Part shown: in pieces, positions 52,463-64,000 of the stretch
Numbering within the stretch: the stretch's first letter is position 1
Layout of the letters: every line of letters starts with the position of its first letter
From: Camelus dromedarius
Lineage: Eukaryota
NCBI RefSeq assembly: GCF_036321535.1
Contig: NC_087437.1
Location: 101,248,001 to 101,312,000, forward strand
Direction of reading: 5' to 3'
DNA: 64,000 nt
Translations under genes and position numbers: made by a program
Notes under the pieces: generated by a model
What the model was told of the DNA's origin: nothing
What the model saw: the letters and a program-made list of their open reading frames with translations, nothing else
Database searches by the model: none

Positions 52463-52799
52463 TATTCTAAGTCATAAAGAGATTCTCCTCTATGGGCCTC
52501 CAAAATTTTATAGTTTTCCCTTCTCATTTAAGTATTTAATTCACCTGGAGTTGACTTTTGCCTGTGGTTTACGTAGGGATACATCCCAAGCATCTATGGT
52601 TTTAAAGTTTATATTATACCCATTGATCAATATCTGTTTCAACATAAATCAAGTGTAGATTATATGTCTTGATTTTCCATTCCACTACAACAGTCCAATG
52701 TTTTAGTCTTATTCCCAAGCTCTATTGTCTTACTTAAATATGCTGCATAGTGAAGGGTGATATTTGGCTGGTTTTCTTTCTCCATGTTACTGCCTAGAG

Positions 52800-52990
52800 A
52801 TTTGGAAGCCATCTTGAAACCAAAAACATAGTCAGAGGGTTTGCTCCTAACATCACTGAGGTGCCGAAAGAATGCCAACATCTGCCTGTCTCAAAATTCT
52901 GTGTGCATGAGAAAAATAATTCTTCTCTTTAAAAGTCAGTGTTATTCTAGATTTCTGTTATGTGCTGCCAGATATATCCCTAATTGACAA
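52800..52990 (+). mobile_element. MLT1 (old MaLR) 3' part
   Basis: AGCCATCTTG...CATCACTGAG...TGAGAAAAATAA...TTTCTGTTATGTGC...CCCTAATTGACA. Confidence 0.7.
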
Positions 52991-53834
52991 AACCTTTCTG
53001 GGAAACTAGTTGCTAGATTCTAAGTTATTTTTTTCTCAGGGCTGAAGCTCAGTCATTACATGCATCCTAGTTAGTTGCTTACACCTAGTGGTCATTAAAT
53101 TTTTCATTGCCTATGCCCTGCAATTTGTTCATTTTTTTCATTGTCACTCACATTTTCACTATTGCATTTTTCTACAGGATCACTGAAGACCTCCCACCCC
53201 CCTAGTTGTTCCAAGCTCTCCCTAAGTAACATTTCCACAAAAAACAACTTCTGAGAGAATTTCAGGAAAGAAATCTATAGAGAGCAATTTTTTCATGCTA
53301 ATTTTGAGAAATGTCTCTAAAGAATTAGTAATATTTGAAGTAAAAACTATTGACAGTTTTAAGATTTAGCAAATAAATAGACAAGTGATATCCTTTCTAA
53401 GTCTGGGCAAACATATCACACTTAGAAAAGTTGGATATTAATATTGATTTAGTACATAGTGTGTCAGGAATAATATTGAGTAGCTATAATATCCCATTCA
53501 AATAATCCACATTATCTCTAGGGATGCAAGGATGCAATTTTTATAAATGAGAAATATTTATCCCTGGTCAAATGTATTCAGGTCTCAGTTGGTGTTATCC
53601 CTTTAGTTGTTCAGTTGATACTGTTTCATGCCATGAAAATTAATCTCACAGATTTTTGTTTACCACAAATGCACAACTGCCATTTTCTTGCACCCTGTAT
53701 CATATCACCTTGTGGAAACCTTCTGGCTACTATTATTTCTCTCTAACACTAGAAAGATGACCAGGCTAGGCACTGCTCCTGAGGAGAAAATCATGCGTAA
53801 AATTCTGTTAAGATCATGGATGCATTACCTAACT

Positions 53835-54050
53835 CAAGTAGTTCTGAATCCCAACTGTACATTAGAACCATTTGGGAAACTTTAAAACATAATAATAATT
53901 GGACATCATTTCTAGAAATTTCTGTTTAATTTGTTCCATATTGTGTGCATGAATTACTTTCTTTGTTTATTTCTTTGTTCTATGTCTTTTGTTATGTTTG
54001 GTTTTGAAGCTTCTCCTGGAGTCTAATGTGTCTTTGGTGCTCAGAGATTC
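53835..54050. mobile_element. MER5-type hAT MITE
   Basis: GTAGTTCTGAATCCCAACTGTACATTAGAACCATTTGGGAAACTTTAAAA...TTCTGTTTAATT...CTCCTGGAGTCTAATGTG. Confidence 0.6.
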
Positions 54051-54540
54051 CAGTCTGATTCTCTAACACTGGGAGAAAAAGAGAATTGGGAGCATGTGGC
54101 TAACTAACTTCATTAGTGGTAGTCTTGGTTTGTGAAGTATATGAGTGCCAACCATCTCTTAGTGTTCCCAAGCTTCTGTGTGGCAATTTCTGTCTTAGAG
54201 GCTTTGCACAACTTACTCACTAAAATAGTGCATGCCTTCTACATACGAGCTAACTGGAAATGTTGGGCTCAAAAGTAGGTTAGTTACTAAACACCTAGAG
54301 ATACTAGCTACTTCTTCCTTAAAATACAAGGTGGGACACAGTCCAATACAGACAAACTGGCTTGACTTTTAAGTACGCCATTAGAAGAAAGAGAACATCA
54401 GTGTTTTTCAAAATAGCTAACCCTCTAATAATTAACATTAGGAAACACCCTTAGTGTTCAGAGTAGCTTTCTCCTCTGCATGGTTCAGATTGTAAATTTT
54501 CCTCTAACCTGGTTTCTCTCTTATTCCAATTCCATCTTCT

Positions 54541-54652
54541 TTCTTGTTTGTTTTTGGTTTTGTTTTTGTTTTATTCAGGTATAGTTAGTTTACAATTTTG
54601 TGTCAATTTCTGATGTACAGCATAGTGTTTCCCAGTTGTACACATACATACA
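54541..54652 (-). mobile_element. Short young L1 3' end (same family as 9423-9641)
   Basis: T-rich tail followed by GTATAGTTAGTTTACAATTTTGTGTCAATTTCTGATGTACAGCAT. Possible TSD ATCTTCT at 54534-54540 and 54653-54659. Confidence 0.85.
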
Positions 54653-56065
54653 ATCTTCTCTGTATTTCCTACAGTGTTCTTCAAAATGACTGATTTGTTA
54701 AGTACCTCATTTATGTAATTTCACATTATGATGTATCTGTTCCTTTTTAATTCCTATTATCATTTGACATACAAGATGTGGGAAAAGAGTGACTTTTCAG
54801 AAAAAAGAAGGAAACGAATTTAATGTGAGGATTCAAACACTGGGATAGTAAATAATAACTAAATTGTCTAGCTTTGTAAAATTAAAAGTACTACAGATGT
54901 AAACACAGTAGTGGGAAAGTATAATGTATTTAGGAAGGAAGAGGATAAATTAAGTTTCTTATTGAAATAGAGAAATTCATGTATTTATTTGAAGAGCTCT
55001 TTCTCTCAATCTCATATAGTAAATAAGAATGAAAGAAATAATAAAAGGTTACTTATATGTTGAGGAAAATATTATAAGGGTTAATGAGCTATTTAATGAC
55101 AGATGATCTCAATCTTTTCTCAATGAACTAGGAAATGACCTCAGCTAAATGAGGGTATTCATTTAGTTGGAAGATTATGGCATGAGAAGGAATGCAGGTT
55201 TAAAAGGTACAATGAGAGACTAATAAAAATATTGATGACCCACAACAAAATCAAATTTAGAGATCATGAATATGTAATTAATTGAATTTTTACGCTCCTT
55301 CCTATTTTCCCAACAATGTTTTGTTCCTCTGGAAATAGAAAGGGGTGCGTAGGAGGAGAAAGAATGTAGATAGAGAGACATTAATTGGTTTATTAACTTA
55401 TTTAGCATTTTATTTTATTCCACAGTTATTTAGTAATTATGATATGCTGTGCACTGTGTAAATCAAGATAAATAAGAAGCATTCTCTGCCTATCAATTAA
55501 TTTATAAGGTATCAGGCAACAGAAGTTTAAAATTAAGAGGGTGATTGTATATTTTGTCAATATTTTGAAATAATTTTCTTATCTAGGATCCTACTATTGG
55601 TTGATTTGCAGAGATAACTCATTTTTTTCCAAAATATGAATTAGGCCTCAATGAAACAATTTGGACATTTTCAATAGTTAATAGTAATTTTATATCCTTG
55701 CAATTTTCACAAATCAGCAGGAAAAGGAAAAAACTGCACAAGAAATATATATTAGTTATCATATTCGTAATTTCCACCCAATTAGGCCAATCTTTATGCA
55801 TATCTCTGACAATTAAGTTTTATACAGGTGTAGTCTAAAGAAAATATATCTATCTCAATGGATTAAAAAATCTCCAAACTATTAATTCCTAGATTAAAGC
55901 AAGTTGGAATACATGTTACTTTATTACAATGTTCTCATTATACTTTCATCCGATGAAGAAATAATTGTTTTTCAAAAGGAAAAGGTTTTTATAAGAAGTA
56001 AAGGTGATTACATACAGATTTTAAAGATCTTACCTGATTTTACTTTCCTAACAAGTCTCTTTCTT

Positions 56066-56067
<2 letters not shown>

Positions 56068-56106
<39 letters not shown>
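56068..56106 (+). repeat. (TG)n microsatellite
   Basis: Perfect TG run seen directly. Confidence 0.97.
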
Positions 56107-56111
<5 letters not shown>

Positions 56112-57554
56112 GTGATGGCAGTTTCTTGTTTGAGGTTGGAAGCATAAATACTTTTATATTTTGTGTTTTCCCTAGTCACTGCTTGTCAATCTAATCTAAT
56201 AATGATGAAAATATAGATGACAGAATCATTTAAACAAAAAAACTTGATGAAATACTGTTAAAACATAAATGATTTCCTATAATTTGCAACAATGCTCCAT
56301 AAAGAAGTATGGTTTGGGAAAATATTTTTATGGCAAAATTTATTCAATATGACCTGTTTATGAAATAAGTGATCAAGTCTGAGGCCCTGTGTTAAGATAC
56401 TGAAGAGACTGGCACTAAAATGCATGTGTTATCTGTGTGCATATGGGTAGGGGAAATATTTCCATTCAACATAGGGATAATCCAATTTTTTTTTTCAGAT
56501 GTCTCCAAGCAGAGAGCAGGTATTTGAGTAATTAGATGTCAGAATAGGTGGCTTTTGAGGAGAATGAGCTATCCCAAAATCTTTAATCACAGAAGCTACC
56601 CCAGAGACTAAGAACCCAATTGCAAAACTGAAATTAGCATGAAAACGTTTTGACCCCAGAAAACAGGCAACAATAGGAAGGAGGCATTACTAAACACCAC
56701 CTCATCTATTTCATGTTTTGCTCAGAACCTCCCCTCAATAAAACAAATTAAAGGCATTTTTCTAAATATGATTTGCATAGTAAAACATTCTAAAAAATAA
56801 ACGTTGGCATTTGGAAGTTATTTGCGAGAGAAAATTAGAATTTCAAATTTATATCTTTCTTTCACTTCAAACATGCATAATAAAAATTAGTGGTGCCCAG
56901 ATCTCATTTAGAGCTCTATTTTTCCTCTTCTTTTTTGTGTTTCATTTTTTTATTCCTCTATTTTTCCCTCTATGACCTGAGAAGAATCTTTGTTTTCCTC
57001 ACCACACATTTGTTATTTTCTACTAATGTGCTGTAAAGTTTAATTATGTTGTTTTTGTGGCTTTGTGAGAATTTGTCCTGTTCACACCCACCTCTGTTTT
57101 TGTTATCTGCCTATAAAGTGATCTTGCTATTTTTCTTAGAGGGTCCATGCTTTCTTTACTTACACGAAGAGGAAAAAAATTGGTAAGTTCTTAAATCTTT
57201 TTTTTAACATTCATACTGTCTTCTGTTATGGTTGATTTTTTTTTCTAGATTTTATATTTGTTTATTTTTTTGTTCTTTTCCATTGGATGAAAGGTCATTA
57301 AGGTATATTAACCTGAAAACTGAAATTTGTAGATTGTCCTTGGATCCTCAACCCCACTTGTGGGCCTGCTGCTTGTGAGATTTTCTGACTCTTTGTTATA
57401 AATTGGAACCATCAGTTCAGAGATTCTTCTACTTGAGAAAAATTAGGCAGAATAAAATATGGGGGGGTCCTAGGCGGGAGGTGGGGAAGTTTACCCACAT
57501 GCTAGGCTCTTCTGTGGGTCTCTCCCTCTCTTTCGCTCTCTCTCCTCTATGCAC

Positions 57555-57660
57555 ATTTATATATGTATTTGAATATTTACATATATGTACATATATATAC
57601 TGTGTGTGCACATGTATATATATATGCATGTATATATATACATATATAAAATACATATAT
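57555..57660 (+). repeat. (TA)-rich low-complexity tract
   Basis: Alternating TA/CA/TG. Confidence 0.8.
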
Positions 57661-59131
57661 AAAAAGAAGATACAAATGTTCAATGTTTAGTCCAGTCTAG
57701 TGTTCTTGATTGAAAGATAACTTCAATTTAAAAAAAAGGTTATCATGGCTTTATAAATTGATCTAATTAATTTTATGAAAGGGCAGCAGCTAGAGAGATT
57801 TGATTCCTGCCAGGACACGCTCTCTGCCCTCCCTTAGAGCAAAGACTGTCCCGACATACATCTCTATGTGCATCCTGGGAAATGCACGTGGTTTGGTATA
57901 GAGTTTGGAGAGTCCCATTTGAACACAGGAGGATTTTAATGGAAGTAACATTTTTTGTTCTTTTCATCTTATTCCCCAACTTCAGGCTGTTTCTGGGTGA
58001 ACTGATTGTTCTTCGGAACCTCTGTGCCTCTTAGCCGCAGTATATTTGGTGATGATCTGAAAGATTTTTACCAATTTCTATGTACAAATTCACTAGGACA
58101 TGTAGTGTGTTTATTGTGCTGCGTACTTTCCATCACAGCTTTACTGCCAGCCCAATTACTCCATTCAACTGCAGCTGCCCACAGCAGCTGACCTAGAAAC
58201 CAGTCCTCTCTCACATCTATGTGATTCTCTATTGTGGGTAAAATATTATTTCTCTCATCCTTCAAGGGCATGAGTCTACTAAACGTTACATATGAGAAAG
58301 AGAATACTTAGCATTTTACTCTGTGACTTCTGTATTTAGATGTATAACACCGCAGTTTATTCCCTAAGAATAGTCTAAGATTATTTTATATTCTCTTAGA
58401 GAAAATTACAATTTGAAAATATTTCCAAAACAATGGAATCTATTGTGAAGGTAAATTGTTATACAATTATGAAAATCCAAATGACTAACAACATTTAAAG
58501 AATAGTTTTGCCCATAAAACTAAAAAGCCATATCCTAACTCTACTTGCACGGCCATTGCATCTATATGTCTGTCTGTTCCCCCTCTGGCTCGAGTGAAGA
58601 CGTTGTTTTAGGGATTCACCTTAGAAGAATCTTACCTAGTTGTTTTTTTCTAGTATTGTGTGAGAGCTTTATATCAGCATCACCTAGCATTCCAAACAGC
58701 AGGAGAGATAGAGAAAGAACAAATGTTTTTAGGGAACCAATGACGTTCAAACTTGGAACACACCAATTGAGCTCTAAATAGCACTGTTTTATACAATCAC
58801 TTAAATAAAGGTTTGTTATAAAAGCATAATTATCTGTAACTCTATCTGTTGTACTAAAAGAACTTTATTTCTCACTTCTCAGAGATGAGTTAATTTAAAA
58901 AAGTAAGAAGTAATTACATTGTGACAAATTAAATATAATTTTGCAAAGGAATACACATAAATATATTATTATATCTGGAATATGGCAAAATATTTAGGAG
59001 GCTGTTTTAGTTTACTGGGACTTCATAACATACTAATACAGATGAGGTGGCTTAAAAAACAAATTATTATTTATTTGGGGGTAGACTGCTTATGGGCAGG
59101 GAATGCAAAGTGGGGAGAGTTCAGTTAGAGT

Positions 59132-59497
59132 CTGTTAAAATCAAAACCAAATGAAAACTAGTTTGAAAATTCTCCCAGCAGATAAAAATCGATCCAGTCA
59201 TACAAACCAAATTCAATTCAGCTTATTTTGTAAGACCAACCCAACCCAGGTCTTTTTTTGTTCATGCTTCTGGAAACCATAAGCAAAATTTCCCAAGGTT
59301 GATATAATAGAGGGTTGGTCAAGGGGTTGCCAACTCCCTATCATTTTAGAAAATTCCAATATTATCTGTTTTCTGTAAATCAAAGACGTACGGGAAATCA
59401 GTCTCTCAGTCCTTAAGCTTCGCTTTCCTGGGGGCACACGCATGAGGTTTTCCATTTTAGATCCTCTGGTTCCATTTTAGATTGAAGTTTTTTCACA
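59132..59497. mobile_element. ERV1-type LTR fragment(s) (MER67/MER34-like)
   Basis: Left end TGTTAAAATCAAAACCAAATG looks like an LTR start on the plus strand. Right end reversed reads TGTGAAAAAACTTCAATCTAAAATGGAACC, an LTR-like start on the minus strand. Confidence 0.5.
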
Positions 59498-59512
59498 AGG
59501 TATAGATTTAAA

Positions 59513-59664
59513 TTTATTTTTCTATTGCTGTTGGGATACATTTGCACAAACTTAGTGACTCTAAACAACACAAATTTATTACCTTAAACCTCATCATAAG
59601 TCTAAGATGGGTATTAGACATGGACACCTTTGGGGGAGGGACACTCATTATGCTGACTCCCACA
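59513..59664 (-). mobile_element. Internally deleted MLT1 (MLT1D/E-like) LTR
   Basis: Both termini (TTTTCTATTGCTG...CACAAACTTAGTG...AAACAACACAAATTTATT and TGGACACCTTTGGGGG...CATTATGCTG...CCACA) lie within about 150 bp. Confidence 0.75.
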
Positions 59665-59854
59665 CTTAATGAAATACTGAAAACTAGATTTCTGGGTTGA
59701 TGTGTGCAGCCATCCATCACCTTAATATCTGAAACAATGTTACTGCTTTGGGGATTTGAATCCAAACTTTAATGACATAAGCTTCACAAAAATTTATTTT
59801 GGAAATGAGATCATACTAAAAGTCACTCATCAAAATGATGAGTCAAATTTTATT

Positions 59855-60350
59855 GTGCTTGTGTTTGGATTCCCACCACGAAGAAGACACAGAAGCAGGA
59901 TTCGGGTTCAGGCAGTTTATTTGGTAGGTGATCCTAGGAAGAGCAAATGAGCCAGTAGGGGTTGTATTATGTTAAATTCAGGCAGAAAAATTAGTAAAGA
60001 ATCCATTAACTAATTGCAATGTTAAGAACACTGTGAACTTTTTGAGAAACTGTGTAATACACATCAGAACTTCCCTTTAAGAAGCCAGGGGTGTCTGGGT
60101 GTTTTCTACTGACTCCTGATTCTTGTTATTTGGTGGCTAGCCTGAGGAGAATGAACAGAAGCACAATTTCAGATTGACTTACAGGTGGCAGACTTCGGTC
60201 TTGGGATGCTGGAGAAATCCCTCATGCAGAGAAATGGAGGACTATACAGGCACTTGAGATAGGAAGCTCAGCACACAGCATGCAGGAACCTGTTCACAGA
60301 AGCTACTGGTAAATTCTGAAGTGTTGTGAGCAGATATGGGGTGGGCAAGA
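59855..60350 (-). mobile_element. LTR16/LTR33-family ERVL LTR
   Basis: GGATTC...AGTTTATTTGGTAGGTGATCCTAGGAAG...GAGAAACTGTGTA...GAGAAATCCCTCATGCAGAG...GATATGGGGTGGGCA. Confidence 0.7.
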
Positions 60351-60410
60351 TTATAATTTATTCCTTGTTCTTTTTAATCTGCACACATCTCACACTAAGT
60401 ACTTCAGGGG

Positions 60411-60740
60411 GCATATGGGCTGATTGTGTTCCCCCAAATTCACATGCTGAATCCCTAATCTCCAACATGGTGGCATTAGGAGGTGGGGCCTTTGAGAGGT
60501 AGTGAAGTCATAAGGGTGGAGCCCTCATGAACAGGATTAATGCCATTATAAGCAGAGATACAAGAGTGCTCTCTCTGCTGTGGGAGAATAGCAAGGTGGC
60601 TGCCATCTGTGGACCAGAAAGAACTCAGCCACATAGGCACCCTGATCTTTGATTTCCAGCCTGCAGAATTGGGAGAAATATGTGTACAAGCCATTCAGTC
60701 TACGGTATTTTTGTTATAGAAGCCTGAATTGAATAAGATA
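60411..60740 (+). mobile_element. MLT1A (MaLR) solo LTR
   Basis: CCCCCAAATTCACATGCTGAA...GGAGGTGGGGCCTTTG...GGGTGGAGCCCTCATGAA...TTCCAGCCTGCAGAA...TTTGTTATAG...TAAGATA. Confidence 0.92.
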
Positions 60741-60759
60741 GGGTCATTGCTACAATCTC

Positions 60760-62220
60760 TTTAAAAGCCATAGAACAAAAGGTTAGTGAAACAATCTGTG
60801 TCCTGAGGCCTTAATGAACATTAGTCATTTTCCTTCTCTACTACCTATTCTATACTTCCTGTCTCTTTGGTCAGCAATTCTGCATGTCTAGGTGGGTTGC
60901 CTCTGCCTGAGCCCTGCTCACCCTGCCTTGTGACAGCAAGTGCTGTTTCCTGCTTTACCAGGAAGGGATGACCATGAAGCACCGCAATCAATGTCTCATG
61001 TTCAGACATTTCTTCCTGCCCCTTTTACGCTGCAACAACTTTAGCTCTACTTGATAATCACTGCTGAGAACAGGGACTAGTAACTGCTTTTTTGTTTGAT
61101 GTTTGAGCAGCATGAGGCCCCAAATTACTAGATGGTACTTAAAGGACTAGGGAAATTTGTTTGCATCTATAGTTATAAACCTCTCCCCACACACTTTACC
61201 CCATCTGAGGACCATGATCTGGAACTCTTCAAAGCATAAAGTTGCAGAGTTTGGAAGCCTGAACTTCTCAAATGGGCCACAGAGATTGATAATGAGTGGA
61301 GTCAACCCTACTTCTACCCCTTCTTTTCCTTTGCATTCTAGCTGTTACAGATACAACATCATATGATCTCAACTAGTTCAACATTTACACTGCATTCCAG
61401 AGGGACAGACAATGCTGCACAGTGTTGTGCTCAACCTGACATTCTAGTAGAAAGGTCATTCCACATTCTGTTAAGACAATAACTTCTGGGTGATAGAGTC
61501 TAATAAAAGAATTCCTTTTTTGTTTTTTCTTTGTCAAAATCCTTAATCATAAATGGACCATTTGCAGTCCAAGGTGAAATTTGGCAGAATCTCAGCCACT
61601 CAGAAAACCTTGACAGAGACATTGAAGGTTGAGAAGGCAAAACTAGATCCAATCTATGTATGAATCTCAAAAAAAGGGGTTACTGCATTCTCCAGGATGG
61701 GAGATAATTAATACCTTCTCCACTACTGCTAATGGATGCAAAGTTTATGATGCTGTGTAATCAACCAGACATGGAGTGGCTGCTTTCTTCAAGAAATGGT
61801 ACCATATGGAATGCTCATTGTCAATCCCTAATACTCACAGGTCAGATTCAATTGTGTTAGTAATGACATTAGCCTTGATAAGAGGAAGCACATGCTAATA
61901 TGTGCATTCATAGTTTCCAACCCAATAACTACCTGCCCATTGTAAGAGCACAGGGTGATTGAAGACAAGTCTTGGCTGATTTCCTTTGAATGAATCTTTT
62001 CCAGTTAGTTTTTCATTGTCTACACTGCAGGAGGCACTCTCTGGTAGGTAATGATATGGTACACAAAGATCCCCTTGCTTTGGACTCACTACTCTAGTGC
62101 ATTCTCATTCTACTTTTTCATATATTATTGTTTTCGGTCTTCCACGCTTGTCCCTTCCAGGTGCCAAGTCATTGCTAGAACCTGTCCTTACCTCAGAGGA
62201 TCACTGGAAAAACAGGTCGA
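60760..62220 (-). mobile_element. ERVL internal region: decayed pol (RNase H end and integrase)
   Basis: Minus-strand peptides HPVLLQWA (ORF 61895-62089; cf. ERVL TPVIAQWAHEQ) and YHPEVIVLTE/WNDL across a frameshift at about 61452-61500 (cf. HHPEAAGLIERWNGL). GTAATCAACC and AATGGTACCATATGG match the reversed VDY and YGTI coding regions. Confidence 0.8.
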
Positions 62221-62499
62221 GTCTAATTTGTGAGGATTATTTTGTGTTTTCATTCTTTAATCAACAGTGAACAATGAGTAATTTTCTTTTTTAATTCAGA
62301 TAATAACTTGGAAACATTACTTTTTTTTTCCCCATTGGATCTGAAAGAAATATCATTGGGATGATTTAACCCCAAAGCCTCATACTGGAAAACAACTGAT
62401 GTAAAGTATAATTGATATGTATTATATAAATATGAGCTGTAATGCTGTAAATATTTTAAAGAAAGTGGCAAACTATCATGCCACTTATAAGCAACTCCC

Positions 62500-62885
62500 A
62501 TGGTGGCAAAATATCAAATATTAGCAACCTAAGCCAAAAATTTCCATTCCCATAGAATTAAGACAATGCTTAAACAGATTGTGTAATTCCATTTAGATGA
62601 TCTATCCAGTGTATACACAAGGCAGTGTCTCCAGAGGTAATAATTAGGTTACTGAGTTGCTTAGAATGGGATTCAAGGGCGGGGCTTGAGAGAGAGTGGG
62701 GCGATGTGATGAAAAGTGACTGCTCATGGATGCAAGGTTTATTTTGGGGTATGATGAAAATATTCAAACATAAGATTATGGTAATGGCTGTGCAACTTTG
62801 TAAATATGCTAAAGATTTTACAATTTAAATGAATAAATTTATGGTCATAAATTATAACCCAATAAATATATTTAAAAAAAGAAAA
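62500..62885 (+). mobile_element. L1MB-type 3'UTR
   Basis: AGTGACTGCTCATGGATGCAAGGTTTATTTTGGGGTATGATGAAAATATTC...GATTATGGTAATGGCTGTGCAACTTTGTAAATATGCTAAA...AATAAA. Confidence 0.85.
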
Positions 62886-63777
62886 GTAAACAAGAGTGTG
62901 TCTTATAATATAAAATGTTCAAATATAAGGTGCCTCCCTCTTTTATTGGGGGGTTAAGGACATGACTTAAATTGGGCCAGATATCGTTTTCTTTGCTCCT
63001 ACTTGTAATGATGAGAGAGCATTAGGATTAGAACTAACATTTGACTTAAAAGTCAGGCATGTTCTATCTGGATGTTAAGGTAGACATTATTTTTAGGAAA
63101 TTAGGCACCACACTTGCTATTTTGGTTAGAGAAATTGAGTCACGACAAGTTTTACATATACAATTTGTCCATATTTTCATAATTCCATATAAGATTCACT
63201 TTTCTTTCTCCTTTCACTGGAAAGCAGAAAATAATTCAATTCAAACTATCTTGAACAGAGAAAACAAACAAATCACAACAATAAGCAATGGGCTAAAGAT
63301 AATTTTTCTGCTTAATTTTCACATTTGGAATCTTCAAAAGTGTTGCATTCATTTCTAGAGGGCCTAACGATGCAGTCTGTGACAAATGCTTAGATCGTGG
63401 GCTGTCTGTGTTCCATACAGGCTCTCTACAAAATGTGCACATTACCTGTACTTAAATTCATGGCATCCAACCGTGAAATGATGCTAAATTCCTGCGCAAA
63501 GTCTTCTCATGTCTCTGATCTCCGCTGAAATCCCGATTAATTCACCCTCTGCACCTCTTACATTGTTATCTAATTCTAGCCAAAATATAGCAGATTTCAT
63601 CATCTAATGGTAAATCTTTTTCATGAAATGTCTTACTCTTTTTTTCGTAACTTGTAGTTTCTTTTGTTTTCTCTTGCTTTGAGTGCATTTGTATGCTTAG
63701 TCCATAGTAGGTTCTCTCTGGAGCTTTTCTAGTTCAGGTTCATTGTCATGATTGACAGCTTCCAGCTTAATACACTT

Positions 63778-63870
63778 CAATCAGGTTTCGGTCCTTACCT
63801 CTTCACTGAGACTAACTCTTACACAAGTCACAGAACACCTCAATATTACCAAATCCATTAGTCACTCTAA
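63778..63870 (+). mobile_element. L2 reverse transcriptase fragment
   Basis: CAA TCA GGT TTC GGT CCT TAC CTC TTC ACT GAG ACT = QSGFGPYLFTET, cf. the LINE RT motif QSGFRPxHSTET. Confidence 0.7.
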
Positions 63871-64000
63871 ATTTTTTTTTCACAGAGATAATCTCATGGA
63901 AAATAAGGGTCAAAAAATCAACCCATAAATGACAGTTCCCGATAATCCCTGTGTTGTTAATTACTACAACATAATTATTGCAGCACAGGTTTCAATCAGA

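Larger units (their letters stand above)
50880..52780 (-). mobile_element. L1ME-type 3' region, interrupted twice by LTR fragments
   Basis: AATCATACTGTGTGCACTCTTTTGTGATTTGGTTCTTCGCTCAACAT; TACCTGGGAGTGAAATTGCTG; GGGTGTAAAATGGCACTTCATT; TTAATTCACCTGGAGTTGA. Confidence 0.8.

Noticed and set aside
1..64000. Prokaryote-type novel system (CRISPR array, defence operon, retron)
   Set aside because: The sequence is mammalian non-coding DNA with no dense coding, operons or regular repeat-spacer arrays.

Overview
AT-rich mammalian genomic DNA from an intergenic region or a very large intron. It is most likely camelid (alpaca/vicuna/camel), judged from two tRNA-Ala-derived SINE copies and two young L1 3' tails that resemble camelid repeats as I recall them. 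I recognise no protein-coding gene, genuine tRNA/rRNA/snRNA, CpG island or CRISPR. The listed ORFs are short chance ORFs or decayed transposon ORFs (L1 ORF1p, L1 ORF2 endonuclease, ERVL integrase, L2 RT). A large part of the window is old repeats (L2, MIR, L1M, HAL1, MLT1/MLT2, LTR16/33-like, ERV1/ERV2 LTRs, hAT/Charlie), often nested. All repeat names come from recalled consensus sequences, not a database search, and boundaries are approximate unless a target-site duplication (TSD) is given. I did not find a convincing new biological system. The best unexplained signals are: a local inverted duplication (46384-46560 vs 47935-48082); a 99-nt in-frame candidate exon with full splice signals (40597-40695); a potential three-way-junction RNA fold overlapping an E-box cluster (10245-10329); a solo LTR with a 6-bp TSD inside an L1; and an ERVL provirus remnant near the right end.
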